This document shows, piece by piece, positions 21,195 to 31,635 of a DNA stretch of 64,000 bases (positions within the stretch are counted from its first letter, which is position 1; every line of letters starts with the position of its first letter). The stretch lies in the NCBI GenBank assembly GCA_009703055.1, contig WLGW01000001.1, forward strand, positions 4,079 to 68,078. Direction: 5' to 3'. The DNA comes from Actinomycetota bacterium (lineage in GTDB: Bacteria > Actinomycetota > Acidimicrobiia > Acidimicrobiales > Ilumatobacteraceae). The notes beneath the pieces are model-generated. The model worked only from the letters and a program-made list of their open reading frames with translations, ran no database searches and had not been told where the DNA came from. Position numbers and translations under genes: made by a program.

Positions 21195-22958
21195 CTATGA
21201 AGTGGCTGGTGGAGGCAGCAGACGCAACCCAAGATCAGCCAAATGTGCAGGCTCCACTGGTGTTGGCGCATTCGTCATCGGGTCAGAGCCACTCTGAGTC
21301 TTCGGGAAGGCGATCACTTCGCGGATGTTCTCTTCCCCAGCAAGAATCGCTGTCAAGCGGTCGATACCGAAAGCGAATCCACCATGTGGTGGCGCACCGT
21401 ACTTGAAAGGCTGAAGGAAGAAACCGAAACGCTTATCGGCCTCTTCATCAGTAATTCCCAAGCGATTGAACACGCGACGCTGCAATTCAGGCTCATGAAT
21501 TCGGATCGACCCGGAACCCAATTCCCATCCGTTGAGGACAAGGTCGTACGCCAAGGCGCGCACTTTCAACGGTTCTGATTCAAACAAGTGCAAGTCATCA
21601 GGATGCGGGTGACAGAACGGGTGATGGCCTGGACGAGGTGCACCCGTCACCGGGTCAACACCAATGAACAAGGGGAACTCAGTCACCCAGACATATCGAT
21701 ACGGACCTTGATGTACAGGTGGTCGACCAATGTCATTGCGCAAGGTGCCCAACACTTCGCACGTGGTCATCCATTCATCGGCAACCAGGAGAATCAAGTC
21801 GCCTTCCACTGCACCCATCGTGGACACAAGTGAAATTCGTTCGGAATCGGAAAGGAATTTTGCAACGGGTGACTCGACAGCGGAGTCAGCTCCGACCTTC
21901 ATCCACACAAGACCCTTAGCACCAATCTTCTTGGCACGATCAGTTAACGCATCAAGCTTGTTGCGGCCATACGCCGCAGCTTCCGGATACGTTGCCGCAT
22001 CAACACGAATGCCCTTAATGCACTCTGCACCGGCAAACGCCTTGAACTCCGTTGCGGAAAAGAGCGGTGTTAATTCCACCAACTCCATGCCAAAGCGCAA
22101 GTCAGGCTTATCGATACCAAAACGCTCCATTGTGTCTCGCCATGTGATGCGCTCAATTGTCGGAGGTGCCTCGCCGGTCACTGCCATTGCTGCAGCGACT
22201 ACTGCACGGCCAATGAACTCAAGAACATCATCTTGAGATACGAAAGACATTTCTGCATCCAACTGCATGAACTCGTACTGTCGATCTGCACGCAAGTCTT
22301 CGTCACGCAGACACTTAGCGATCTGGTAGTACCGATCAACACCCGACACCATTAACAATTGCTTCCACAACTGAGGAGACTGCGGCAATGCAAAGAACGA
22401 ACCGTGTTCCTTACGAGATGGTACGAGGAATTCGCGAGCGCCTTCTGGTGTCGACGGCATAAGAAGTGGTGTCTCCACTTCGAGGAAACCGTTTTCCTCC
22501 ATTGCACCGCGGATTGCGCTATTGACCTTGGCGCGAACACGAAGATTCTTTTGCATCCGCTCACGACGAATATCGAGATAGCGATACTTCAGGCGAACCA
22601 TTTCATCAACGTCATCTGCACGTTGGTCCACAGGGAACGGAGGTGGTTCAGCAGAGTTCAGAACTTCAACAACACACTCGCCCACTTCCACTTGGCCAGT
22701 CGATAAAGCGGTGTTGACAGTTCCTTCTGGCCGAGCACGAACAACGCCCGTCACTCGGATGACATATTCACTACGGACATCGACGTCATTATCGACCACG
22801 CACTGAATGATTCCTGAATGGTCACGAAGGTCGACGAAAGCCAACTTCTCGCCGTGCTCACGACGACGCCCCACCCAGCCACACACTGAGATGGTGGTGC
22901 CGATATGAGACTCATTCAACTCGCCGCACATGTGTGTGCGCATTGCAGTTGATTTCAT
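21195..22958 (-). CDS. aspS: aspartate--tRNA ligase
   Basis: 587 aa with an OB-fold N-terminus, FFALPQSPQLWKQLLM and class II motif 3 (GGFAFGIDRL). Confidence 0.97.
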   Translation of the reverse strand: MKSTAMRTHMCGELNESHIGTTISVCGWVGRRREHGEKLAFVDLRDHSGIIQCVVDNDVDVRSEYVIRVTGVVRARPEGTVNTALSTGQVEVGECVVEVLNSAEPPPFPVDQRADDVDEMVRLKYRYLDIRRERMQKNLRVRAKVNSAIRGAMEENGFLEVETPLLMPSTPEGAREFLVPSRKEHGSFFALPQSPQLWKQLLMVSGVDRYYQIAKCLRDEDLRADRQYEFMQLDAEMSFVSQDDVLEFIGRAVVAAAMAVTGEAPPTIERITWRDTMERFGIDKPDLRFGMELVELTPLFSATEFKAFAGAECIKGIRVDAATYPEAAAYGRNKLDALTDRAKKIGAKGLVWMKVGADSAVESPVAKFLSDSERISLVSTMGAVEGDLILLVADEWMTTCEVLGTLRNDIGRPPVHQGPYRYVWVTEFPLFIGVDPVTGAPRPGHHPFCHPHPDDLHLFESEPLKVRALAYDLVLNGWELGSGSIRIHEPELQRRVFNRLGITDEEADKRFGFFLQPFKYGAPPHGGFAFGIDRLTAILAGEENIREVIAFPKTQSGSDPMTNAPTPVEPAHLADLGLRLLPPPATS

Positions 22959-24241
22959 TGTGTGTTCCTCCGGGGGTTGCGTTCACCAACGATGGACGCG
23001 AGATGTGTGACCACTTCAGTTTGCAGAACTAGGCTTTGTTCCGAGGTCATCAGGTTACGGACAGTGCAGTTCCCCGCCTCGGCTTCATCGGACCCAATAA
23101 TGATGGCAACACGAGCACCGCTTCGATCTGCGACTTTCATCTGCGATTTCATACTGCGACCGTCATATGCGCGATCAACAGCAAACCCAGCAGCCCGTAA
23201 CTCGTCAGCGAGGCGAAGGGCCGTCATGCCATCAACGACATCAACAATGAAGGCATCTAGTTGAGGTGCGCCCAAGAGAAAGACTTCCTCACTGTCACAT
23301 GCCAGCAAGGTGCGATCAATACCCAACGCAAAACCCACACCTGGGGTTGCGGGTCCGCCCAAATCTTCCACCAAACCGTCGTAGCGTCCACCGCCACCCA
23401 CTGCAGTTTGTGCGCTGTCCAGCGATGTTGACACGTACTCAAATACGGTGCGTTGGTAGTAATCGAGACCACGAACAAGACCCTCATTCACTGAGTACTG
23501 CACACCCAATGCAGTGAGTCCGGCTTTCACTTTCTCGAAATGAGCTTTGGCATCATCGGACAAAAACTGCGCAATGGTGGGTGCAGCATCAATGATGGGT
23601 TTGTCCTGCACTCGCTTGGAGTCGAGAACACGCAAAGGATTGCGCTGCAAGGTCGCACGAGATTCCTCGGACAGCTTTTCTGCATGAGACTCCAAGTACA
23701 CACGCAATGCTTCGATGTAGGCGGCTCGGTCCTCGGGATCTCCCAACGAGTTGATCATAAGAACAACATTGCGTAATCCAAGGGACTCAAAAAACTGCCA
23801 CCCCATCGTGATGACTTCGACATCAAGCAGGGGGTCTGTGCTGCCAAGCACTTCGATTCCTACTTGGTCAAACTGACGGAAGCGTCCGGCTTGAGCCTTC
23901 TCGTATCGAAAATTGGAACCGGAGTACCACACCTTCCAAGGCGTGGTTGGCCGATGTTGGGCGAATGATCGACAGATACCGGCGGTGTGCTCGGGCCGTA
24001 ACGCAATACGACGACCACCCTTGTCCTCAAAGTCATACATCTCTTTTGTGACCACATCCGTGGCATCACCGAGACGCAGAAAGACACCGAGGTCTTCAAA
24101 CATGGGAGGAATAATGCACTCATATCCGGCCGACTCCACAATGTCTGCGAACTGAGCAGTGAAGGCACGCCAGCGTCCCGCCTGCGGGGGAAGGATGTCT
24201 CGGGTACCCGGACTGGTCTGGAATGACGGCACGACAGGCAA
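22955..24241 (-). CDS. hisS: histidine--tRNA ligase
   Basis: 428 aa with GTRDILP, RYEKAQAGRFRQFDQVG and GGGRYDGL. ATGA overlap with aspS. Confidence 0.96.
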   Translation of the reverse strand: MPVVPSFQTSPGTRDILPPQAGRWRAFTAQFADIVESAGYECIIPPMFEDLGVFLRLGDATDVVTKEMYDFEDKGGRRIALRPEHTAGICRSFAQHRPTTPWKVWYSGSNFRYEKAQAGRFRQFDQVGIEVLGSTDPLLDVEVITMGWQFFESLGLRNVVLMINSLGDPEDRAAYIEALRVYLESHAEKLSEESRATLQRNPLRVLDSKRVQDKPIIDAAPTIAQFLSDDAKAHFEKVKAGLTALGVQYSVNEGLVRGLDYYQRTVFEYVSTSLDSAQTAVGGGGRYDGLVEDLGGPATPGVGFALGIDRTLLACDSEEVFLLGAPQLDAFIVDVVDGMTALRLADELRAAGFAVDRAYDGRSMKSQMKVADRSGARVAIIIGSDEAEAGNCTVRNLMTSEQSLVLQTEVVTHLASIVGERNPRRNTQ

Positions 24242-24243
24242 GG

Positions 24244-26463
24244 CTAGTCGGGCGCACCACCAGGGACGATGCGATATGCGTCGAAGACCGAATCAATCGA
24301 CTTAATCACCCTCAGAACCGACTCAAGGTGATTCGGGTCAGCGAGCTCGAATTCAAAGCGCATCTTGGCGACTCTGTCTGAGCCTGTGTTTGTACTGCAG
24401 GCAACGATGTTCACGTGCTGCTCCGACAACGCATTTGCCACGTCACGCAAAAGACGTCCGCGGTCGAGAGCGACCACTTCAACACCTGCAGTAAACAGAG
24501 TTCCTGGCGTTGTCCGCGACCACTCCACGTCGATCATTCGCGTGGGCTCGTCCACCATCAACGTCACAGCATTTGCACAGTCTGAGCGGTGAACACTGAC
24601 TCCCCTGCCCTTGGTAACAAAACCCAAGATGTCATCTCCCGGCACTGGTGTGCAGCAGCGAGACAAACGAACCAATACATCCTCGAGACCCTCGACATGA
24701 ATACCGGCAGAACCACGACGCTCGGTCGTTGGTCGGTCGACGCGCATGGGCATGGCCAACTGCTCATCACTGCCTTCTCGTCGAACTGCTCGACCAATGC
24801 GCTGCGCGAATCCTCGAGCAGAAACATGGTGCTCGCCCACAGCAGCAAACAATGTGTCGATGTCTGCCATGTTGAGTGCTTCAAGCTCTTGAAGGAATGC
24901 ATCCGATGTCCAGATTCGCTGTACCGGAAGACCTTCACGACGCAGTTCTGCGGTGAGCTCCTCACGACCTGACTCCACCATGTCTTCTCGACGTTCACGC
25001 GTGAACCAGTTCTTGATCTTGGTTCGTGCGCGAGGTGATTGAACGAATCCCAACCAGTCTCTTGACGGACCAGCGTCTTCCACTTTTGAAGTAAAGATCT
25101 CACACGAATCACCAGATGACAGACGTGCATCAAGCGAAACGAGTCGACCATTCACACGGGCACCGACACAGGCGTGACCCACTTCTGTGTGTACTGCGTA
25201 GGCAAAGTCAACTGGGGTTGAATTCAGCGGCAAGGTGATGACGCGGCCCTTGGGCGTGAACACAAAGACTTCTTCTTGTTCAAGGTCGCTCTTCAAGTCG
25301 GCCATGAACTCGTTCGGATCAGTGATGTCTGACTGCCAGTCGATAATGCGATTCAGCCAATCAGAATCTTGTGTGTCAGAACCTTCTTTATAGGAGAAGT
25401 GAGCAGCGACTCCTCGTTCAGCACGTTCATGCATTTCACGAGTACGAATTTGAATCTCTAGTGGCTTCCCACCAGGACCGATGACTGTTGTGTGCAACGA
25501 CTGGTACAGGTTGTACTTCGGCATCGCGATGTAGTCCTTAAAACGACCCACGACCGGACGCCACTTACCGTGAATGCAACCTAAAGCTCCGTAGCAATCA
25601 CGGATGTTGTCGACAATGATTCGTACTGCAACGAGGTCAAAGATCTCGTCAAAGTCTTTGTCCTTCTGAATCATCTTTTCGTAGATGCTCCACAGATGTT
25701 TTCCGCGACCTGTGACATCACCCGTGATGTTTACGTCGGCAAGACGAGCACGTACCTCTGCAATTGCCTTCGCTAAGTACACATCGCGTTCTGGCGTACG
25801 TGACGACACAAGATGATCGAGTTCTGCGAAACGCTTTGGATACAGAGCTGAGAAAGAGAGATCTTCTAATTGCTGCTTGATCTCTTGCATACCCAAACGA
25901 TTTGCAAGGGGTGCATAGATATCAAGAGTTTCCTGAGCAATGCGTTGTTGCTTGTCGACGGGAACACCGGCCAAGGTACGCATGTTGTGCAAACGGTCTG
26001 CCAATTTGATGACAAGCACACGCATATCGCGCGCCATGGCGACAAGCATCTTGCGCATCGTTGCGGCTTGCTGAGCCTCTCGCGAATCAAATTGCAGTCG
26101 CTCTAACTTGGTGACGCCGTCAACAAGGTTTGCTACCTCATCACCGAAATTACGTTGCACATCTTCGAGTGTGATTTCAGTGTCTTCCACTGCGTCATGC
26201 AAGAGCGCTGCGGCGAGGGAGATGTCATCGAGACCTATGTCGGCAACAATGCGAGCTACGGCAATCGGATGATTGATATATGCCTCGCCCGACGAACGCT
26301 GCTGAGAGATGTGCGCAATGCGAGCTGCTTCATAGGCGCGATTCACAAGCGCAACTGATGCCTTGGGATGACGCTTGCGATAAGCGGTTAAGAGAGGTGC
26401 GATTTCCTCAATGGGCGCACTATGGTGCCGTCTCCACGGAAGGACGCGGTCGGCAGTGGCCAT
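24244..26463 (-). CDS. rel: bifunctional (p)ppGpp synthetase/hydrolase (RSH)
   Basis: 739 aa. It has an HD hydrolase domain (HPIAVARI...LLHDAVEDT), a RelA/SpoT synthetase domain (YIAMPKYNLYQSLHTTV), and TGS and ACT C-terminal regions. Confidence 0.96.
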   Translation of the reverse strand: MATADRVLPWRRHHSAPIEEIAPLLTAYRKRHPKASVALVNRAYEAARIAHISQQRSSGEAYINHPIAVARIVADIGLDDISLAAALLHDAVEDTEITLEDVQRNFGDEVANLVDGVTKLERLQFDSREAQQAATMRKMLVAMARDMRVLVIKLADRLHNMRTLAGVPVDKQQRIAQETLDIYAPLANRLGMQEIKQQLEDLSFSALYPKRFAELDHLVSSRTPERDVYLAKAIAEVRARLADVNITGDVTGRGKHLWSIYEKMIQKDKDFDEIFDLVAVRIIVDNIRDCYGALGCIHGKWRPVVGRFKDYIAMPKYNLYQSLHTTVIGPGGKPLEIQIRTREMHERAERGVAAHFSYKEGSDTQDSDWLNRIIDWQSDITDPNEFMADLKSDLEQEEVFVFTPKGRVITLPLNSTPVDFAYAVHTEVGHACVGARVNGRLVSLDARLSSGDSCEIFTSKVEDAGPSRDWLGFVQSPRARTKIKNWFTRERREDMVESGREELTAELRREGLPVQRIWTSDAFLQELEALNMADIDTLFAAVGEHHVSARGFAQRIGRAVRREGSDEQLAMPMRVDRPTTERRGSAGIHVEGLEDVLVRLSRCCTPVPGDDILGFVTKGRGVSVHRSDCANAVTLMVDEPTRMIDVEWSRTTPGTLFTAGVEVVALDRGRLLRDVANALSEQHVNIVACSTNTGSDRVAKMRFEFELADPNHLESVLRVIKSIDSVFDAYRIVPGGAPD

Positions 26464-26472
26464 GGCGCAATG

Positions 26473-27594
26473 TTACCGACGCGACTTCTTCCGGGGTCGC
26501 GGTGGGTGGCTGAGAATCGCCTCCACTGCGGGAACCGGTGTGGGAGTTGATGCATCTGTACTTACTGCATTGTCAATCTGACGTCCGCGACGGCTTTGTG
26601 GGGTGCCTGTGGCCATCACGTGAGCCATGTCAGTCCCTATCGAGACTTGGCCGCGCATTGAGACGTACTCGCGACTGCGTTCCTTCAATAAACCGAGAAC
26701 GGGAGATGCAATGAAGATCGATGAGTAGGCACCCGTTGCCATACCAACGAGCAAGGCCAATGCGAACTCTTGCAATGCAACAGCTCCGAAGACCCCGGAC
26801 CCAAGAACCAAAAGGCTCAAGACCGGAAGCACCGCTGCAATTGTTGTGTTCAATGAACGCATCAACGTCTGGTTCATCGAAACATTGACAATGTCAGCGT
26901 ACGGAACTCGAGTGTTCGCAAAACGCTTCTGATTCTCATTCACCTTGTCAAACACAACGATCGTGTCGTACAACGAGAAACCAAGAATGGTGAGGAAGGC
27001 AACAACGGTTGCGGGAGTTACTTCAAGCCCCGTAATCGAGTACACACCCACACTGATGAGAACGTCGTGCACAACAGCAGCGAGAGCACCAGCAGCCATA
27101 CGAGCTTCAAATCGCCATGCGATGAACAATGAAACAAGAACCAGGAATGTCAACAATGCCTGGATGGCGTCTCGTGTGATGCCTCGGCCCCATGTGGCAC
27201 TCACTTTTTCAATACTGACATCTCCAGATTTGATTCCGACTTTGGTCGCGAGATCTTCACGAACAGACTCCTCCACCTTTGGTTCTAGGACCTCAAGCTG
27301 GATACGAATGCGCTCATCAGCGCCTGAGCTCAAGGTCTGAATCTTGGCGCCAGAAGCTTCGACCTTGTTCTCTTCAAGAATGGTCCGTGCCTCTTCAACA
27401 GTGATTTTTCCGTTGACGGACATTTCAAATGCCACGCCACCCTTGAAGTCGATACCGAGATTGAGACCTTGTGCGAACAAAGAGACAATGGTGACAAGCA
27501 GGAGAAGACCTGATGCAATAAAGCCGACGTTGCGGCGACCATAGAAGTTGACCGTGGTTTCACCGCGATAGAGACGCTGCCAACGACCGGACAT
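26473..27594 (-). CDS. secF: protein translocase subunit SecF
   Basis: 373 aa with six TM segments, DFKGG and GFSLYDTIVVFDKV. Confidence 0.95.
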   Translation of the reverse strand: MSGRWQRLYRGETTVNFYGRRNVGFIASGLLLLVTIVSLFAQGLNLGIDFKGGVAFEMSVNGKITVEEARTILEENKVEASGAKIQTLSSGADERIRIQLEVLEPKVEESVREDLATKVGIKSGDVSIEKVSATWGRGITRDAIQALLTFLVLVSLFIAWRFEARMAAGALAAVVHDVLISVGVYSITGLEVTPATVVAFLTILGFSLYDTIVVFDKVNENQKRFANTRVPYADIVNVSMNQTLMRSLNTTIAAVLPVLSLLVLGSGVFGAVALQEFALALLVGMATGAYSSIFIASPVLGLLKERSREYVSMRGQVSIGTDMAHVMATGTPQSRRGRQIDNAVSTDASTPTPVPAVEAILSHPPRPRKKSRR

Positions 27595-29126
27595 TATGCA
27601 ACCTCCGCTGCCGTTGATGTACCTCTGACCCCGAGAACTTTTCCGTTATTGAACAACTTTGTTCGAGCAAGAAGAAGCACTGAGGGCCGAGTAAAGAAGT
27701 ACGAAACGATCATGTCAATCAGTGTTGAAAGTCCAAGGAAGAATGCGAATCCGCGAACGGAACCGACTGTGAGCCACCACAAGACCACTGCACCAATGAG
27801 AGATGCGGTGTCGGCCACGACAATGGCGCGCCATGCAGAATCAAATCCTCGGGCAGCTGAGTTACGCATTGTGCGGCCTGCTTGTACGTCGTCCTTCAAC
27901 TTTTCAAAGAACACCACGTACGAGTCAACAGTGACACCAATCGACACGATGATTCCGGCGGCACCGGACAATGTCAATGCAAGGCCGTTTGTCTTTGACA
28001 ACCACGACACCACACTCCACATCAGAAGGCCTGAGACGCCAAGACCGGCTACGACGACCAATGCAATAAGGCGGTAGTAGAAGATCAGGAAGAGCAAGAC
28101 CAGAAGAACACCGATGAGACCTGAGATCAATGCAGCTTTCAATGAATCCTCACCCAACGATGCGGACACTGTCTGCACGGTAGGTGTATCGAACTTGACT
28201 GGAACTGCACCGAACTGAAGGATGCGAGCGAGATCGTTGGCTTCCTTCTCAGTGAACGAGCCTGTTATTTGAACACTTCCATTGAACGAAGGCGCCTGCA
28301 CTACTGGCGCCGAGATCACTTCACCGTCAAGACTGATAGCGATTTGTTTTGACGGGCAACCTTCGCCACCTTCAAAACACTGCTTTGCAAGAGCATTCCA
28401 CTGATCTTCACCAGCTGCGCCATCTCGCAAATTGACCGACACAGCCCATCCACCCGCATCAATCTGAGCAGTTGCTTCATTCGTGAATACTTCGCCGGTT
28501 GCACCAGCTGGACCTAAGAGATAGATCAAACCATCTTTCTGTCCTGCGTATATCGTCTGACCAGGAGCAAGACCAGTTTCAGGATCTGTTCCCGGAACTG
28601 TGGTTGTAACGGGAACCGTTGTTTGTGGCACTGCACGTCCGCGCGACTCGCCACCTCCACCAGATGGAGGCGCCAACGTTGTTGACGACTGAGCAACAGT
28701 TGACGACGTTGCACCCTTCACGGTGGTGGTTGTAGCACCCTTTGCGACAGTCGTCGTCGTGGTGTTTTCTGGGTTCTCTGCTGTTCTGAGAACTGGACGC
28801 ATCTCAACGGCGCCAGTTCGACCAATCAGGTCGAGGGCCTGTTGTTGATCCTTGACGCCAGGAAGGTTGACAACAACTGTGTCACCTTGGCGAATGATTT
28901 CTGGCTCTGCAACACCGATGGAGTCAACACGCTGACGAATGATGTCAACTGCCACCGAAAGTGCAGCTTCTTCATATTCGCCAATAGGTGTCATCGTGAC
29001 CGAGGCACCACCTTGAAGGTCAAGACCTAGAGAAGGTGAATTACCAACAATCGTGTTTCCAAGAAAAAGTCCTGAAGCGACAACGAGAATTGAAATTAAA
29101 GAAATAAGAAGATTGCGCTTCGGCAT
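27594..29126 (-). CDS. secD: protein translocase subunit SecD
   Basis: 510 aa with LGLDLQGG and the RND-like C-terminal TM bundle. The stop overlaps the secF start by 1 nt. Confidence 0.95.
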   Translation of the reverse strand: MPKRNLLISLISILVVASGLFLGNTIVGNSPSLGLDLQGGASVTMTPIGEYEEAALSVAVDIIRQRVDSIGVAEPEIIRQGDTVVVNLPGVKDQQQALDLIGRTGAVEMRPVLRTAENPENTTTTTVAKGATTTTVKGATSSTVAQSSTTLAPPSGGGGESRGRAVPQTTVPVTTTVPGTDPETGLAPGQTIYAGQKDGLIYLLGPAGATGEVFTNEATAQIDAGGWAVSVNLRDGAAGEDQWNALAKQCFEGGEGCPSKQIAISLDGEVISAPVVQAPSFNGSVQITGSFTEKEANDLARILQFGAVPVKFDTPTVQTVSASLGEDSLKAALISGLIGVLLVLLFLIFYYRLIALVVVAGLGVSGLLMWSVVSWLSKTNGLALTLSGAAGIIVSIGVTVDSYVVFFEKLKDDVQAGRTMRNSAARGFDSAWRAIVVADTASLIGAVVLWWLTVGSVRGFAFFLGLSTLIDMIVSYFFTRPSVLLLARTKLFNNGKVLGVRGTSTAAEVA

Positions 29127-29129
29127 GCT

Positions 29130-29471
29130 CTACTTCTTCGCAGAGTCATCGGCTTCGCCAGCCGACACAATCTTGCGAGCAACAGCTGAACGGCTCACGC
29201 GAACTTCAATGCGCTCTGTGCCATGTCCATCAGCAATGTCGACCCACAAAATGTCATCTTCGACTGCACTGACAAAGCCATAGATGCCAGAAGTCAAGAC
29301 CACTTCATCACCGACGGCAGTGGAAGCCACGAGTGCTGCTGCCTGCTTATTGCGACGGCTGCGTGGGCGAATGATGACGAAATACATTCCGGCAAAGAGC
29401 ACCGCATAAACAACGATGATTCCGATTGGAGAGTTACTGTTATTTTCGGCGGCGAGAAGAATTGCATTCAC
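29130..29471 (-). CDS. yajC: preprotein translocase subunit YajC
   Basis: 113 aa with a single TM, then RPRSRRNKQ and GDEVVLTSGIYG. It lies directly upstream of secD. Confidence 0.85.
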   Translation of the reverse strand: MNAILLAAENNSNSPIGIIVVYAVLFAGMYFVIIRPRSRRNKQAAALVASTAVGDEVVLTSGIYGFVSAVEDDILWVDIADGHGTERIEVRVSRSAVARKIVSAGEADDSAKK

Positions 29472-29514
29472 AGGGTGAAATCCTAGCCCTGAGAGGGCTT
29501 CTGAGCCCGAAGAA

Positions 29515-30612
29515 CTAGCCCCAAAGATCCAAAACTGAGGCTCTAAAGCGTGAAAAAGTTCCGTTCGTGATGGACTCGCGCATTTCCGTCATGAAGTTGA
29601 TGGTCCACGCCACGTTGTGCACCGAGACCAAGCGAGCCGCACTGGGCTCGCCCACTTGCGTCAAATGTCGTAAATAGCCACGGGTATGGGATTGGCACAC
29701 CCAGCACGAACATGCGGGGTCGAGCGGCTCATCTGACTCTGCAAACTTTGCATTCTTAATCTGCAATCGACCCTGAGATGTCAATGCCGCACCATGGCGT
29801 CCAAGTCGAGTCTGAAGTACGCAGTCAAACTGATCAACACCGAGAGCAACTGCTTCCACCAACGATGCTGGGTCACCCACCCCCATCAAATACCGAGGCT
29901 GGTCATCAGGAAGCTCACCGATGCACGCGCCGATGGCATCCACCATCTCTGCACGAGACTCACCGACCGACAAGCCACCAATGGCGTACCCATCGAACCC
30001 AATCTCCACGGTGCGACGAGCACTCTCTGCACGCATCGCTGCATCGGTGCCGCCTTGCACGATTCCAAACAATGATTGGTCAGGTCGAGTGTGCGCAGCC
30101 TTGGCTCGCTTTGCCCATTCAGCAGTACGTTCCAGTGCGAGACGAACCACGCTCGGTTCAGCAGGCAGTGACGTACATACATCAAGAACCATCTGGATGT
30201 CTGCGCCTAACTTTTGCTGAACATCAACAGCAATCTCTGGTGTAAACCGATGATACGAACCGTCATAGGTGGACTTGAAAGTCACGCCATCATCGTCAAC
30301 CTTTGGATCAAGTGAGAACACTTGAAAACCACCCGAGTCAGTGAGCGTGAGCCCCTTCCAACCGGCGAATGAACCAAGGCCGCCGAATGATGCAATGAGA
30401 TCAGCACCGGGACGAAGCATGAGGTGATACGTGTTGCCCAAAACAATCTGAGCACCAAGTTCTTCGTAGTCGCGGGCACTGAGATATTTGATTGCACCGC
30501 GAGTACCCACCGGCATGAACAATGGAGTGTCGTACGTACCGCGATGAGTTGTTGCGGTTCCAACACGAGCATCGCCATCACGAGCACTGATATTGAGATT
30601 TACCTTGAACAT
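29515..30612 (-). CDS. tgt: tRNA-guanine transglycosylase (queuine tRNA-ribosyltransferase)
   Basis: 365 aa with LTDSGGFQVFSL, GLSVGE and the zinc site CSCWVC...H. Confidence 0.96.
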   Translation of the reverse strand: MFKVNLNISARDGDARVGTATTHRGTYDTPLFMPVGTRGAIKYLSARDYEELGAQIVLGNTYHLMLRPGADLIASFGGLGSFAGWKGLTLTDSGGFQVFSLDPKVDDDGVTFKSTYDGSYHRFTPEIAVDVQQKLGADIQMVLDVCTSLPAEPSVVRLALERTAEWAKRAKAAHTRPDQSLFGIVQGGTDAAMRAESARRTVEIGFDGYAIGGLSVGESRAEMVDAIGACIGELPDDQPRYLMGVGDPASLVEAVALGVDQFDCVLQTRLGRHGAALTSQGRLQIKNAKFAESDEPLDPACSCWVCQSHTRGYLRHLTQVGEPSAARLVSVHNVAWTINFMTEMRESITNGTFSRFRASVLDLWG

Positions 30613-30618
30613 CAGTCG

Positions 30619-31626
30619 TTACTGCTTCCAGCGATCAATCAACATTGCATCACCAAACGACAAGAAGCGGTACTTCTCTTCAATTGCTTCTGCATACAGA
30701 TCTCGCCACCGTCGTCCCACAAATGACTCAATCATCAACAACAGCGACGTCTTGGGCATATGGAAGTTCGTCAACATCGTGTCCACGATTTTCCATTCGT
30801 ATCCCGGAGTGATGAATAGCGATGTACGACCTGATTCTTCACCGAAGGTTTCAGAGGATTCAAGGGCACGCGTTGCAGTTGTCCCAATTGCAATGACGCG
30901 TTCGGCTTCCTTGCAGGCCTGCAACACCGATGGTTCAACATGAAAGTACTCAGAATGAATCACATGATCGAGAGGATTAACTGTCGAAATTGGCTTGAAC
31001 GTGTCAAGACCGACAATGAGTTCCACTCGTTCGATTCGCGCTCCGGCATCCTGCACCTTTTGCATTAGCTCTGGTGTGAAGTGAAGTCCAGCAGTCGGAG
31101 CTGCAGCACTTGCAGCACGACGTGAATACACAGTTTGGTAACGCTCGCTATCTTTCAGTGATCCACGGATGTACGGAGGCAACGGCATCGCCCCAATTCG
31201 TTGAATCAGACCAAGCGGATCATCATCAGTGATCTCAATAACAAAGGTGTCGCCAGCTTCCGTACGAGGGCCAACACGAACCACACGCTTGCCGAAATAC
31301 TCGAGAAGTTCCCCTTCCTTGAGTTTGCGAGCAGGCTTGACCATTGCTTCCCACAAACGACCGTCTGGTGAGCGTTGCTCAAGGAGCAACACCTCAGCGG
31401 CGCCACCCGTCTTGCGATTCAGTGCAAGGCGCGCTGGGAGAACTCGAGTGTCGTTCACAACAATGACATCACCTGGCCGCACCAACGTATGAAGGTCACC
31501 GACGGTGAGATGCCGAATACCTGCGCCATCAGTATCAGTTAGTAACCGAGCAGAGTCCCTCGGCTCAATGGGCTTTTGGGCAATCAGATCTTCAGGGAGG
31601 TCGTAGTCAATATCTGAAAGTTCCAC
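30619..31626 (-). CDS. queA: S-adenosylmethionine:tRNA ribosyltransferase-isomerase
   Basis: 335 aa with YDLPEDLIAQKP, MPLPPYI and AAPTAGLHFT. Confidence 0.95.
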   Translation of the reverse strand: MELSDIDYDLPEDLIAQKPIEPRDSARLLTDTDGAGIRHLTVGDLHTLVRPGDVIVVNDTRVLPARLALNRKTGGAAEVLLLEQRSPDGRLWEAMVKPARKLKEGELLEYFGKRVVRVGPRTEAGDTFVIEITDDDPLGLIQRIGAMPLPPYIRGSLKDSERYQTVYSRRAASAAAPTAGLHFTPELMQKVQDAGARIERVELIVGLDTFKPISTVNPLDHVIHSEYFHVEPSVLQACKEAERVIAIGTTATRALESSETFGEESGRTSLFITPGYEWKIVDTMLTNFHMPKTSLLLMIESFVGRRWRDLYAEAIEEKYRFLSFGDAMLIDRWKQ

Positions 31627-31635
31627 GTGATGAGG

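Noticed and set aside
29472-29514. Small overlapping hairpins (AGCCCT-GAG-AGGGCT and GGGCT-TCTG-AGCCC) lie between tgt and yajC and might be a terminator.
   Set aside because: The stems are 5-6 bp with no following U tract on the transcribed (minus) strand. queA-tgt-yajC-secDF is a known co-transcribed unit, so there is not enough evidence for a terminator call.
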